From Neovahlkampfia damariscottae (taxonomy: Eukaryota): a stretch of 64,000 nucleotides of DNA. The DNA is taken from positions 1-64,000 of the forward strand of contig JABLTG010000101.1 in assembly GCA_016618085.1 (NCBI GenBank), written 5' to 3'. Positions 39,768 through 51,700 of the stretch are shown here, piece by piece; positions within the stretch are counted from its first letter, which is position 1, and each line of letters opens with the position of its first letter. Below the pieces are notes generated by a model. That model was not told the DNA's origin and made no database searches. It saw only the letters and a program-made list of their open reading frames with translations. Both the position numbers and the translations under genes were made by a program.

Positions 39768-41440
39768 TTATTTTTTCTTTTTTGATTTGTTTTTATTTTT
39801 TTTTGTATTATCTAAAGTTTGAACTTTTTTTTTTCTGTCTTTATCTTGTTGTTTGGATTCTGTAATTTTTTTCAAAATTTCTGGATGATGTTTTTCCATC
39901 CATACTTTACAATCATCCCATTCTTTTTGAAACTCACAATATTCAGCTGGTGTTTTACACATAGGACATATCACAACTTCAACAGGATCAACTTTTTCTT
40001 GTTCATCATTTTCTAAATTTTCAAAAGAATCAAAATCAATCTCTTCTTCTTCATAATCTTCATCTTCCTCTTCAATAATAACTTCAGAAATATATTCTCT
40101 AATAATTTTTGGCTTGTCATTTTTTTTTGGTTTTCCAACATTTTGTAATCCTTCTAATTCTAACCATTTAAAAAATTCAACTCGTTCTTTTCTGAAATTA
40201 AAATCTGATGTCAATTTAATAACAAAAGATCTCATTAATTCAACTTCATCATCACTTTTATTTTCTTCAAGAAATTCAACAAGTAATACATCAAATGTAT
40301 TTTTTGAGTCTTTTGTGACATCTTTAATGATTTTAGATTTGTCTTTTATTTTTTGTTCAGCTTCTTCTTTCCATCCTAAAATAGCTTTTCTTCTATCCAT
40401 AGAAAACTAAAATTAAAAAAAAAAAAAACACAAACATTTGTTGTCGAAATTACATCATCAATGACATTTTGACAGATTGCTTTCAAAATTATTCTTTCAT
40501 TTAAAATTTTAGCATTTGGTGAAATTCCATGAGCACAAGCATAATAATGTGTTTTACATTTATACATATCTCCTTCCTGAAGTTTTTTAATTTTTTTAAT
40601 CTTTTTTTTACATCAAAACAAATAACATAACCTGAATATTTTAGTGTGTCATTTTTTTACCTTCTTTATCCTTTTGTAAGGATATAGCTTGAAGTAAAGT
40701 TACAACGTCTGTTGGAGCATCTTTCCATCTTTTAACCATTGGAATTCCAAATTCTTCAGCAATTTTTGAATTTTCTTCATAACTTCCATATTCACCTGTT
40801 TTTATATCTCTTATATTAAGTAATGTTAAATGAGTTTTGTTGTATTTAATCACAATTGCATTATTTGAGTCACAAAATTCCAATAATGGAGTTTTACCTC
40901 TTTCAATCATTGTTTTTGAAAACTTTTCATATTTTTCTTTTAATTTTTCTTTTTCTAAATAATATGCGATTTCATTTGTAAAGTCTGTAAATCCTGACAT
41001 TGTTAAATAACGAACTTCGTCATTCACTACAAGTGGTGAAATTAAACTGCCATCTAATTTTTCAATAACGTAAAAATTTCTCTTGAAATTAATATTTTCA
41101 ACCTTTTGATTTTAGTTTTATTTTTTTGTTACAAGTGTTTCTTCTTTTTCATTCAGGTTGAAGAATTTATGAAATCTTCTTCCAACACATTTTTGTGTTT
41201 TATCATTGAAAGTGATACCTCTACATTCTCTTCTAATCAAAAATTGTCTTTTTTCATTTTCATCTTTTGCTTTTGAAAGGTCTTCAATGTGAGTTTGTTT
41301 TTAAAAAAACCTGGGAATGTGCTTCCGTCACACCTGATGTATTTAATGGTAGTGAATCCATATTTTTGAAATCTTTTGAATTCAGGAAGATGTTTTACTG
41401 CGCTCCAAGTTTCTTCAAGAGTTAGTTCGTGTGGGTACAT
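39768..41440 (-). CDS. T4 Rnl1-family RNA ligase fused to a DENR/Tma22 N-terminal zinc-binding domain (6 exons, 506 aa)
   Basis: RECRGITF, FHKFFNLNE, EKLDGS, EGYVI, MYKCKT, and C-terminal CPMCKTPAEYCEFQKEWDDCKVWMEKHHP. Exons 41440-41311, 41281-41133, 41102-40661, 40631-40612, 40576-40436 and 40406-39768 join in frame. Confidence 0.85.
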
Positions 41441-41727
41441 TTTCTCTTAAAAAAATGATGATTGGTGGATTTGCTTCACTCTTGAATTTGAAGAATCTAT
41501 GAAAATTGTATTTTGGATTTGTGAGAACACAAAAAGGAAGCATTTTCCTGTGAGCTTTATCATGTGAATTAGGTTCAATTTCTCTGAGAAAACATACATT
41601 AGAATCTATTTTAGAACGTAGATCTAAAATACGCTACAGATTAGGAATTTTAACCTTCTTGATCTAGTGAAAAAAAAAAATAATAATCATTGGTCAATTT
41701 TGCTTTTCTATTTTGCACCTTCTTCTG

Positions 41728-44532
41728 ATGTTTTCCTGTCCTTACAAATTCACACAGGTATTTTTGGTGATCGTTGTTTTAGTGATTGGAACAGGAGGAA
41801 TATATGCTGAAACCACTAAAACAGCTTCTGTAACTTGTTTTGGATTTGACTCCACCGATCCTTCTGCTTGTTCAGGTAACGGAAACTGTACAGCAACAAA
41901 TAAATGTCAATGTAAATCAGGATATTCGGGAAATCAATGTCAAACGTACTCTTGCTATGGAACATCTTCAACAAATCGAAAGGTTTGCTCAGGAAGAGGA
42001 GAGTGCGTCTCTATAGACCAATGTCACTGTTTTAACGAAACTATAGGATATGAATGTGAAATACCAAAATGTTTCGGTGTTTATTCAAATGACACTACTG
42101 TATGTTCTTCTCATGGGACTTGTGAAGATACAAATACTTGTAATTGTCCTCACGGCTATTCAGGATCTAATTGTGAAGCAACTATATGCTATGGAAGGAA
42201 TTCAAGTGATAAACAAGTTTGTTCTTCACGAGGGAAATGTATTTCTCCGAACACATGTTCCTGTGACGCTGGATATTCAGGAACATCTTGTCAACTAGAT
42301 TCATATAAATGTTATGGTTCTTCACCTGGAGATCCTAAGGCGTGTTCAGGTAATGGTATATGTTCTTCTGCTAATAACTGTACATGTAACACTGGATTTG
42401 TGGGATCAAGGTGTTCAAATTTTCAGTGTTTCGGTGTTGATTCAAAGAATGGAAGAGTTTGTTCACGTTTTGGAACATGTGTTGGTCCAAATAACTGTAG
42501 TTGTGATGAAGGATTTTCAGGTGAAAATTGTGATTTACCAATTTGCTTTGGTTTGAATGCTTCAGATCCATTGGTTTGTTCTGGTCATGGTGCTTGTTCT
42601 GGACTTGACCGTTGCTTATGTGAAACAGGATTTAATGGAGAAAGATGTGAACAAAACAATACTGTTGCTTTTAATGGAGCTACAGATTGTATGATTGTAG
42701 GAAACAATTTTCTTCGATATTACAGAACTGGAAAGACTTATGTTATTGAACCAAGTATTTGCTCAGCAAGAGGATGGGCAGGGATATCCTTTCATCAAAA
42801 AGAAGGTATAGAAACTTCGATGTTTATGGCTGTTTCATGGTATACTGACGCAGATAATTTAAAAATCAGTGAAATGAAAAATCATCTCGCTCCAACAATT
42901 TCAGAATCTACTGAATCGATTGGTTTATTGCTACCGAGAGATAAGAATTTTCCTGATGTTCAATTTGCCGATAAACAGAGATTTACTATCAGAGTTGATG
43001 ATTTGCTATTACAGAACTTTGATTATATTTCAATTGTATGCTCTGATATCCCACCAAATGAAAATTTGACATTTCCATATCACAGAAGTGTCATTACCAA
43101 ACGTTTTAATATTTCAAGCGACAGATATGTTTGTGATTCATATGTTCTTTCAGGATTTGCAACTAGATTATCAGATGTTTCACAACCATTTTGGTTTTTA
43201 GAACTTGGTGTATACATTGGAATTTTATTTTTAGTGGTGATCCATAGAAATTCACAACCTTTAAAATCTCGTGTATTTGTACCTTATTTAGCGTTGTTAT
43301 CACAATATGGAGCATCATTCTCTTCAATTCAAATTTATTTTTTTGATTTAGATTGGAGATCCACCTATGGTTGTTTATTTCAAACTTTCTTTTATGAAAA
43401 TTTTCTATCAATGATATTTTTATTAATGCCAATGAATTATCTCAGATATGTTCTTTTAATCAATATGAATAAAGAAAAAGAAAATGTTTCAGAAAATGGA
43501 AAATCAAAATCACTTTATTTTAGATTTGTTTTGATTACTAAATGGATCACAAAACCTTCAATTTCTTTCTTTATTATTGCTGTTTTTTGGTTTATTTCAA
43601 CATTTATTGATTTATTTATTTATGCTGCATTTTCACCACAATTTCAATGCACTACTGAAAAATCATTTACAGTTTATGCACTTCATTTTGTTTATAATTT
43701 GATTTGTGGAATTATTTTAATATCAGTTGGTATTATTGATATCTTATCAAATGTCATGTTTTATTTCAAAAGAGTACAAAAACAAAATTATAGAAGATGC
43801 TTTGCTTTAAAAGTACTCAAAGAACAAATCATTGATTTTTTTTATAAATCAGATCCTTATTACTTCAGATTTGAACAAATTATCGCATTCAATGTTTTTT
43901 TGATGTATGTTTTCTTTGAAGGTTTCAATCTAAATGTTCCAATTTTTGGAAAAGAAACTGCATTTTATTTCTATTTTGGAAAGTATTTTGCAGCAATTGG
44001 AAGAAGTTTTGTTGCTTATCTATTCGCATTTTATCAAGCATTACTCCCTTTGATCATCACAATGATTGTCAATTTGATACATTACATTCAAGCCTTAAAA
44101 AAAGAAGAAGAAACAAGGGATGGTTATGAAATTGAAAAATATCTTGATCATGATGAATTATTTGATTTATTTTTGGAATTCGCAAAAGACGAATGGTCTC
44201 AAGAAAATGTACTGGCATACAGAGATATCAAAAAATTCAAAAGATTAAATAGTTTAGATAAAAGAAAGAATCATGCTCAAAAAATCTATTATAATTATTT
44301 CAATGGAGCGCAATCTCCATTAGAAGTTAATATTGATGCAAAAGCGTGTAAAGATTTGTTTCGAAATTTGAATGAAAAAGATAGTAAATATAATGAAGAA
44401 ATATTTGAAGATATTGAACAAACAGTTAAAACCAATATCAGGGACACTTGGTCACGATTTGTACTAACATCAAAATTTCTGAATTATAAACAAAATAGCT
44501 TTCTTCAACGTCAAGAATTGGACAATATGTAA
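41728..44532 (+). CDS. EGF-repeat / 7TM / RGS receptor-like protein, intronless
   Basis: Signal peptide, seven ~39-aa Cys repeats, TM block, and RGS motifs FLEFAKDEWSQENV and PLEVNI. Confidence 0.9.
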   Translation: MFSCPYKFTQVFLVIVVLVIGTGGIYAETTKTASVTCFGFDSTDPSACSGNGNCTATNKCQCKSGYSGNQCQTYSCYGTSSTNRKVCSGRGECVSIDQCHCFNETIGYECEIPKCFGVYSNDTTVCSSHGTCEDTNTCNCPHGYSGSNCEATICYGRNSSDKQVCSSRGKCISPNTCSCDAGYSGTSCQLDSYKCYGSSPGDPKACSGNGICSSANNCTCNTGFVGSRCSNFQCFGVDSKNGRVCSRFGTCVGPNNCSCDEGFSGENCDLPICFGLNASDPLVCSGHGACSGLDRCLCETGFNGERCEQNNTVAFNGATDCMIVGNNFLRYYRTGKTYVIEPSICSARGWAGISFHQKEGIETSMFMAVSWYTDADNLKISEMKNHLAPTISESTESIGLLLPRDKNFPDVQFADKQRFTIRVDDLLLQNFDYISIVCSDIPPNENLTFPYHRSVITKRFNISSDRYVCDSYVLSGFATRLSDVSQPFWFLELGVYIGILFLVVIHRNSQPLKSRVFVPYLALLSQYGASFSSIQIYFFDLDWRSTYGCLFQTFFYENFLSMIFLLMPMNYLRYVLLINMNKEKENVSENGKSKSLYFRFVLITKWITKPSISFFIIAVFWFISTFIDLFIYAAFSPQFQCTTEKSFTVYALHFVYNLICGIILISVGIIDILSNVMFYFKRVQKQNYRRCFALKVLKEQIIDFFYKSDPYYFRFEQIIAFNVFLMYVFFEGFNLNVPIFGKETAFYFYFGKYFAAIGRSFVAYLFAFYQALLPLIITMIVNLIHYIQALKKEEETRDGYEIEKYLDHDELFDLFLEFAKDEWSQENVLAYRDIKKFKRLNSLDKRKNHAQKIYYNYFNGAQSPLEVNIDAKACKDLFRNLNEKDSKYNEEIFEDIEQTVKTNIRDTWSRFVLTSKFLNYKQNSFLQRQELDNM

Positions 44533-44599
44533 CTTTGCAATTTTCCAAAAAATCACATCGAAAAATTAATTTATTTAACAATGAATAAACATTCATTTT

Positions 44600-45166
44600 C
44601 TATTTTGACAAATTTTTTTGACATTGAAAACTCATTTGAACAGAAAGTACAATACCCATTTGACATGTATTTTCTTTAAATTCTCTTTTTCTTACTTCAC
44701 CTTGACAATGATTCCATCTATATTTTTCATAAACAATAACACCTCTTTCATGATCACAATATAATTTCCAATCACCAACACATTTATCATCATAAGACAT
44801 AAAGTAGTTTGTTGGAATTCCTTTGCAACCCATTTCATTTGAGATTGTACCGATAACTCCTTTTGATGTTAAAGTTGGTAATGGAGCACAGACAATATTT
44901 TCAGTTCTTGTACATCCTACTTTTTGTCTCATAATTTCACAATTTGAACATGATTTATCTTTACAAGTTTGTGTCATTGTAGTTTTTCCATCACAAGTAT
45001 GTCTATAATAATATCCTGATGGTTTTTGGACGCATTGATTTGGTATATTCTGTAGTGCTCCAAAAGAACCTTTACATCCATCATCTGAGAAAAAAACGGT
45101 TCCTGGATAATTTTCAGCTGAGACAACCACTGTCAGCAACAACAACAAAACAACTTTTTCGAACAT
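44600..45166 (-). CDS. Secreted Cys-rich protein with an internal two-fold repeat
   Basis: Signal peptide MFEKVVLLLLLTVVVSA and two similar halves (SDDGCKG / NEMGCKG). Confidence 0.75.
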   Translation of the reverse strand: MFEKVVLLLLLTVVVSAENYPGTVFFSDDGCKGSFGALQNIPNQCVQKPSGYYYRHTCDGKTTMTQTCKDKSCSNCEIMRQKVGCTRTENIVCAPLPTLTSKGVIGTISNEMGCKGIPTNYFMSYDDKCVGDWKLYCDHERGVIVYEKYRWNHCQGEVRKREFKENTCQMGIVLSVQMSFQCQKNLSK

Positions 45167-45276
45167 GTCTGATTGGATGGATTTTTCTTCGAAAATAAAA
45201 TTTGAAAGATTTATATTTGTAATTGTTGGATTTTCATATTTGTAAGAATTCGAATTTTATTGGTTGAATACTGAAC

Positions 45277-46976
45277 ATGAGTTTTCATGATGGTGTTGCT
45301 ACAGAAGTACTTAATTTTTGGGAAGAAGAGAAGATAAAACTAAAGGAAGAGATTATAGATATTGTACAAAATCAAAGAATACAACTATCTGTTCAAATTT
45401 TACCAAAATTAATTGTTTTACATCATAAACAAAGAGAATTATGGATAAACAAATATGTAAAATATTGTGAAATTAATTAAATAACAGTTAGAAAATAAAG
45501 AACAAATTTCACCATTCTTATCAAAGGATTATGAGAAATATCGACTGGAAGAGCTCACAAATGAAATGGTTTCAATTTATTTTGAAGTTGTGGATAAAAT
45601 GAATCAAATTCATAATTTGAGCATTGAAAATGTAATATAGATATACTTTTAAAAGTTAGTTTGATGAATTGACTGTTCCTCCAAAATCAAAAATTTATGA
45701 AACTTTTTATGAAATGAAGAAAAGTCAACCAAAAGAATTAAAAAATTTAAGAATGAAAATATATCAAATTAAAGATGAAATTAAAACAAAAAAGTTAATA
45801 ATTTATTTTTTTTAACAATAGAATGATCTCGAATATTGATGAATGGATCAAAGAAGTTTCACAAAAAATCAACCACAAAACAATCCCACAGAAGGAATGT
45901 AAAAAAGAAATGAAAATTATTAGAAAAATTGAAAGAGAAAAATCTACATTTTATGATTTGATTTCTCAAAATTTAAATGTTATTTCTTCAAAATATTATG
46001 ATTATCAAAATTTTGTCGAAGAGGAAATTGATAGTGATCAACTTGAGGAAGAGGTTTTGGAAGAGAAAAAAGACGAAAATTACGAATTTATTGAGTTTGT
46101 GAAACATTCCTAACAAACTTTAGACTTATCAAAAAAGATATTTTTATTGATGATTGTTTGTTAAAAATACACGAAATGTCGAATGAAGAATTCAAAGAAG
46201 ATGAAGAATTTTTTGAAAAGACAAAAAAATTTTTATTGAAAAATACAACTATTAATGAAGAAGAAACGGTCAAATTTCAAAATTTTCTGTTACTTTTGTT
46301 AAATTCAAACTCCAGAGAAAAAAATTTAATTTTACAGATTCTTCAAACAAAAAACTCGAATTTTTGGGTTGAAATAATTCAATTTCTGTCGCCAGAACTT
46401 AAATTGTATTCTAAGTATAAACAATTTTATTTTCCCATTCTTGAAGATTTGAAAATCAAAAGAGCAAAATACAAAACATTATTAATGAAAATTGTTCATC
46501 CAAACATTGATTCAAGTGTATTTCAATGTTATGAGAGTTTATTAATGAAAAATAAAAACAAGAAAATAAACAAAAGAATCAATCAAATTGAAAATTTGTT
46601 GTTCAAAAATCGATCACAACAACAAAAAGATTTTGATTATTTATTTAAACTCTATGAAGTTTTTGAGTTCAATTTATTGGATTTATTGGAATACAGAAAT
46701 ATTGACATTCCTTCAGATCTCCAAATTCTCGTGTTACAAAAGAATTTAAAAGAAATTTCAACCTCAAAAATGGAAGACAAAATAGATTTCTTGAATTATG
46801 ATTTTTTAGTCATTTTAAATTGGTTTCAGATCAGATTGAAATCAAATGCTGTCAAAAATCAATGGAAAATGATCATTATAGAGATTCTATTTAATTTTAT
46901 GAAAAGAGTCAATTATCATTTCAATAATCTCTTTGAGATATTTTTACAATTTTTCGAAGATTTAATGTTCAAATAA
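45277..46976 (+). CDS. Hypothetical protein (multi-exon)
   Basis: Same-strand ORFs linked by short introns. No motif recognised. Confidence 0.5.
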
Positions 46977-47024
46977 ATTTTCTTTTAACCTCCAGAATTT
47001 ATCCAATCATTTTGTTTTAATTTG

Positions 47025-48995
47025 ATGAGTGAGGAATACAAATCATCAAGAGAACTTTTGTTGAACAAATTGAGACAAAGTCAAAGGCGAAATCAAATGA
47101 ACTTTGGATATTTCCATCGAGAAAGGTTTTACAAAGAACAAATAAGAAATTTTTACAACGAAGATAAAGAGATTATTCTGGAAGCCATAAAACATAATAA
47201 CTCCCATTACATATATGCAAGTAATAGATTAAGAAATGACAAAGAAATTATTTCAGAATTTCTTTCAAAAGAGAGTTGTGATCCAACAACATTTTCTGCT
47301 CTTCCAGAAGAATTACAAAAAAGTAGAGAATTTAATTTGAAATTGTCAAAACAACACCCTTCATTTTTTAGATACTTCCATCCAGAATTCAAAAATGACA
47401 AAGAGATTTTAATAGAAGTAATAAAGACAAATGAAAAAAATTATATTTATGCTTCAAAACAACTAAAACATGATAAAGAAATAATATTGAAATGTATAAA
47501 AAGAAAGAGTATTTCAGAACTAGTGAAAGAAATACCTTTGATTATGAAAAATGATGAAGAAATAGCAATGAAAATCATTGATGTACTGCCATCTTATTTT
47601 AAGAACTCATCAAAAGAATTACAGAACAATAAGACTATTGCAAAGAAGGCAATACAAAGAAATGCTTTGAACTATAAATACTGTTCTGAAGATTTGAAGA
47701 ATGATGAAGATTTATTTTTTCAATCAATTCTTTCAAAAGATTTAACATTTCATCCTTTCCAAGCAGCCCCTGAAAAATTTATTCAAAAGTTAATGTCAAA
47801 TCAAAGTACAATCATTAAAATATTGAAATATTCAAGTTATTTTCACTCTAAAGCGGTATTTCAATATATTCCAGTTGAGTTATTTGATATCAAAGAAATT
47901 TTGTTTGCTGCTTTGAAAACATTTCCATTGAAGGTTCGAACATTTATCACTGAAGATTTTTTGAACAATAAACAAAATGTATTGGAGATGGTTTCAATTA
48001 ATGGATTTACTTATTCATTTATTTTAGATGATCACCTAAAGAAGGATGGGAATATAATTCTCCAAGCATTAAAATTAAAAGATATAAATTATGATCATGT
48101 ATTTAAATTCTTACCAGAAGAAATGAAAAATATGAAACCATTGTTTAATAAATCTATTGAAATCGACCCTTCTACAATTGAATTTGCTTCTTCAAAACTT
48201 CAAAATGATAAAGATTTGGTTTTGAAAGTAGTAAAGAAAAAAGGAGAACTATTAGAATATGCTTCTCCTCAATTAAAAGATGATAAGAATGTGGTTTTAA
48301 TAGCTATTGAAAATAATGGAAATTCATTACAATTTGCTTCTGAAAGATTGAAATTAGATTCAGAAATTGTAGGAAGAGCGCTATCCCTATTACCAGTTTC
48401 ATTTTTACATGCATCTAGATTTTTTGACGACAGAAATATTATTTTACAAATGATATCCAAAAGACCTACATTCCTTTCAGGATTACTCAGTAAATATAAA
48501 AAAGATGAAGAAATCATTATGATTGCTACAAAAAAAGATGGAACTGTTTTTTCTAATGCAGATGAATCACTAAAAGGATCAAAATCATTTATTATTCAAG
48601 CATTGAATCAAAAGAGAAATATTTTTAATTCAATTTCGAATGAATTGAAATCAGACAAACAAATTATTCTTACTGCTATTCAGAATGGTTTCTTTTCTTC
48701 TAAATTTCCACAAGAAATAGTTTTCAATGATGAAGAAATCTTCTTGGAATTATTAATTTATTCTCCAATTCTCATTCAAAGACTAAACAATATAAAAAAT
48801 TCAATTTCGAAATATCAAAATGATAGAGATTTCATCATGAAAGCAATGCAAAAAACAACTAAAATTTGGATTTATTTAGAAGAAGAAAATTTCATTTTAG
48901 ACAAAGAGATACTTTGGTTATATTATGGATATCATCAATTGATTCGTAAATTACCAACTAATATTCATTTCAAATTCAAAATATCTTCAAAATAA
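47025..48995 (+). CDS. DUF4116-repeat protein, intronless
   Basis: Repeated YAS-x-x-LK-x-DKE-IIL units, e.g. LEYASPQLKDDKNVVLIAI. Confidence 0.85.
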   Translation: MSEEYKSSRELLLNKLRQSQRRNQMNFGYFHRERFYKEQIRNFYNEDKEIILEAIKHNNSHYIYASNRLRNDKEIISEFLSKESCDPTTFSALPEELQKSREFNLKLSKQHPSFFRYFHPEFKNDKEILIEVIKTNEKNYIYASKQLKHDKEIILKCIKRKSISELVKEIPLIMKNDEEIAMKIIDVLPSYFKNSSKELQNNKTIAKKAIQRNALNYKYCSEDLKNDEDLFFQSILSKDLTFHPFQAAPEKFIQKLMSNQSTIIKILKYSSYFHSKAVFQYIPVELFDIKEILFAALKTFPLKVRTFITEDFLNNKQNVLEMVSINGFTYSFILDDHLKKDGNIILQALKLKDINYDHVFKFLPEEMKNMKPLFNKSIEIDPSTIEFASSKLQNDKDLVLKVVKKKGELLEYASPQLKDDKNVVLIAIENNGNSLQFASERLKLDSEIVGRALSLLPVSFLHASRFFDDRNIILQMISKRPTFLSGLLSKYKKDEEIIMIATKKDGTVFSNADESLKGSKSFIIQALNQKRNIFNSISNELKSDKQIILTAIQNGFFSSKFPQEIVFNDEEIFLELLIYSPILIQRLNNIKNSISKYQNDRDFIMKAMQKTTKIWIYLEEENFILDKEILWLYYGYHQLIRKLPTNIHFKFKISSK

Positions 48996-49004
48996 TCACA
49001 TATT

Positions 49005-50051
49005 TTATTTTTTATCTTTGATTGGAATACCAGGTCGAAGATAAACATTTTTAATTCTATTCAAATCCTTGTCTTCAAATAAATCACTATCTTTCAAATT
49101 TTTTAATCCGTCCATCCATAAATCATATGAATTTCCTTCAAGGTTACGAAGAGCATTAGGTTTTTCATCAGATAACAATACATCATTGACACTTCTAAGA
49201 GGAGCATCAGGTCTGCTTTTTTTTTCCAATTTTTTTTTCTTTGCTCTCAAAAGTTTCTTTTGATGTTTTGCAATTTTTGATAAATCATCTTGAATTTCAT
49301 CAATTGAAGGTTCTTCTCTTTTACGTTTTTTTTCTTTATGTCTTTCAAAATCTTGTTTAAATCTTTTAATTCCTGCTCTTTTATTTAAAGATGGTTTGCC
49401 TTTTTTTCTTTTTTTTTTGCCAGTTGTTGTTTCTTCGTCATCTTCATCTTCATCATCTGATTCTTTTTTATCAACTTTTTCTTCTTCATTTTTTTCTTTT
49501 TCAATTCTAATCATTGAGATAATTTGATCAGTTTTTTTGTTTAAACTCATTTCTTTATCACTTATAATCTTCAATGCTTGTTGACGTTCATTTTCATCAG
49601 GATTATATGATTGACCAGCATGTGGAATTTTTGACAAAAGTTTTGGGACATTTTTTGAAACTTTTTTGTTTTTTTTTAAGTCTCCATTACCCCATAAATC
49701 ATATACTGCTTCTGGTTTAATTTTTGTTGCAACTTTTTTTTCTTCAACTTTTTTTTCAATCAAAAGTTTTTTTTCTCTTTGTTGAGGAACTGTTTTCTTT
49801 ATTGGTTTTGTAGTATCAGTTTTAACTCTATCAGGTGTTGTTGATTCTAATCTTTCTCTGTTTATTTTTTTTCTATCATTTAAAGTTGATTTTTTTGAGT
49901 CAATAGTGAACAATTCATCATTAGAAAGTTGTTGAATATTTTTCTTTTTTGAATCTTCATTACGACTTTCTGCAACTTGTTGTTGGATTTCACCCATATC
50001 AAATTGTTTCCATCCTTTTTTACTTCTTTTTGAAATACGTTGTTTTGGCAT
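49005..50051 (-). CDS. NOP53: Ribosome biogenesis factor Nop53/GLTSCR2
   Basis: SKRSKKGW, arch-interacting motif LFTID, YDLWG, PHAGQSYNP, LRNL. Confidence 0.88.
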   Translation of the reverse strand: MPKQRISKRSKKGWKQFDMGEIQQQVAESRNEDSKKKNIQQLSNDELFTIDSKKSTLNDRKKINRERLESTTPDRVKTDTTKPIKKTVPQQREKKLLIEKKVEEKKVATKIKPEAVYDLWGNGDLKKNKKVSKNVPKLLSKIPHAGQSYNPDENERQQALKIISDKEMSLNKKTDQIISMIRIEKEKNEEEKVDKKESDDEDEDDEETTTGKKKRKKGKPSLNKRAGIKRFKQDFERHKEKKRKREEPSIDEIQDDLSKIAKHQKKLLRAKKKKLEKKSRPDAPLRSVNDVLLSDEKPNALRNLEGNSYDLWMDGLKNLKDSDLFEDKDLNRIKNVYLRPGIPIKDKK

Positions 50052-50249
50052 ATTTTTACTTTTAAGGTTCTCACAAAATTTTTTTGCACTCAACGAACGA
50101 TGTGATTGGAAGAAAAATTTTTATTTACAGGACAAAAAATTTGAAGAAAAAAAATGATACAATTCAAAAAGGAAACGGATTTATTTTTTGGTCATTGAAT
50201 TAACCAATCAAAAGCTTTTTTAAAAATCAATCAACAGACACAAACAACT

Positions 50250-51689
50250 ATGTCTTTTAAATTTAAACTGGTAAATAAAAACTTTATAGTAACCAAACTA
50301 TTCAAAAGAAAACAAGTTCATTTTCAAATTTCTTTGCAAAAGAAGAAAAAACAAAAAAAGAAGAAAAACCAAAAGACGAAGAACTTTTAAAGAAACGATT
50401 ATCTTATCACTCTTTATCAGGTACCAGCGAAAATGAAGAGAATACTACACCTAAAATCATAACTAAAAGAAGTTCTTTATTCAACCTTGATACCTCAAGT
50501 TTACTTTCTTTAGGAAAAAGACACAACTCCGATCCAAACGCAGACCCAAGAAGTGGTACTTCTACACCAACAAAAAGTCCGGCCACAGGTTTTGATAATC
50601 AATCAAAAATCAAAAAACTATCACTTGCTCTTTCAAAAAATCAAGACAAAAAAACAGTTGATCGACCTCTCCCTTCATTGACAGGTAAAAATAAAAATAA
50701 AATTAAAAATCTTTTAAATAGAAATAAGAGAAAAATTCCCATGTGAATTTTGTTGTAACGATAAAGATTGTTCTTCATTCTTTAGAAAATCATTAAAAAA
50801 ACAACACTGTGCTGAAAATCTGTTATTTTATGAATGTGTTCAACATTTTAAGATTATTAAAGACTCTGAAAAAAGAAAACAAACAGCTTTAATGGTTCTA
50901 CAAGGATTTATATTTATAAATTCGTCAATGGAATTGAATATTGAAGAGAAATTAAAACATGAACTTGAAAATAATTTTGAAAAAGAATCAACTGAAGAAC
51001 AACTTGAATTTCCAATTCAATTTTTTGATAAAGCATTCAATTTAGTTAAAGAAATGATTAACGTTGAAGAATATCCAAAATTTATAAAAAGTAAAGAATT
51101 TCAAGAGTACTTTAATAAGTTTGGACATTCAATTTTATTAAAGAAGAAAATTGAAAATGGGAATGAAAAAAAAGAGGAAAAGGAAATTATGGATGATGTC
51201 ATTGATCTAATTTTCGAAGTTCAAACCCCAGAAGAAACTCAAAAAAAAAATAATTTTAAAACTCCGAGAAGAAAGAATTATATTGAAAAATTTTCATTTG
51301 AATTTTTGATTTCTGATAGAAAAGCAAAACAGTTTTATGGTCGATTTGTTGGTCCTTTGTTTTTGTTATATGATTCAATTCAAATGTACAAATCAACGAA
51401 TAAAGAAAGAACTAGAAGAGAAATAGCTAATATGATAATGGTCACATTTTTAATGCCAAAATCAAAATTGGAATGTACTTTACCTAAGAATCTGAGAAAT
51501 GAAACGATAAAAAAATTCCAATTTTTAGAGGAATGTCAATCACCACAAAATAGTTTTGATGAATTAAATGAAATTGTTTTAAATTTATTGAAATTTGAAT
51601 TTCAAGAATTTTTTCGTTCTGAATTATTCGAGGAATACTACGAAGAATTTGGTCATAAACTTATTGAAGAAGAAGAAAATCAGGAATAA
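50250..51689 (+). CDS. Protein with two RGS-like domains (3 exons)
   Basis: HCAENLLFY, ELNI, YPKFIKSKEF, and a second repeat ending FQEFFRSELF. Confidence 0.8.
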
Positions 51690-51700
51690 ATTATTTTCAA

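Noticed and set aside
1110..41440. Operon-like linkage of MCTS1 with the ligase-DENR fusion
   Set aside because: They are about 38 kb apart with many unrelated genes between, so co-location is not evidence of a functional link.
41830..42650. Roughly 117-bp periodicity as a possible CRISPR-like array
   Set aside because: It is explained by coding EGF repeats, and there are no identical DNA repeats with spacers.
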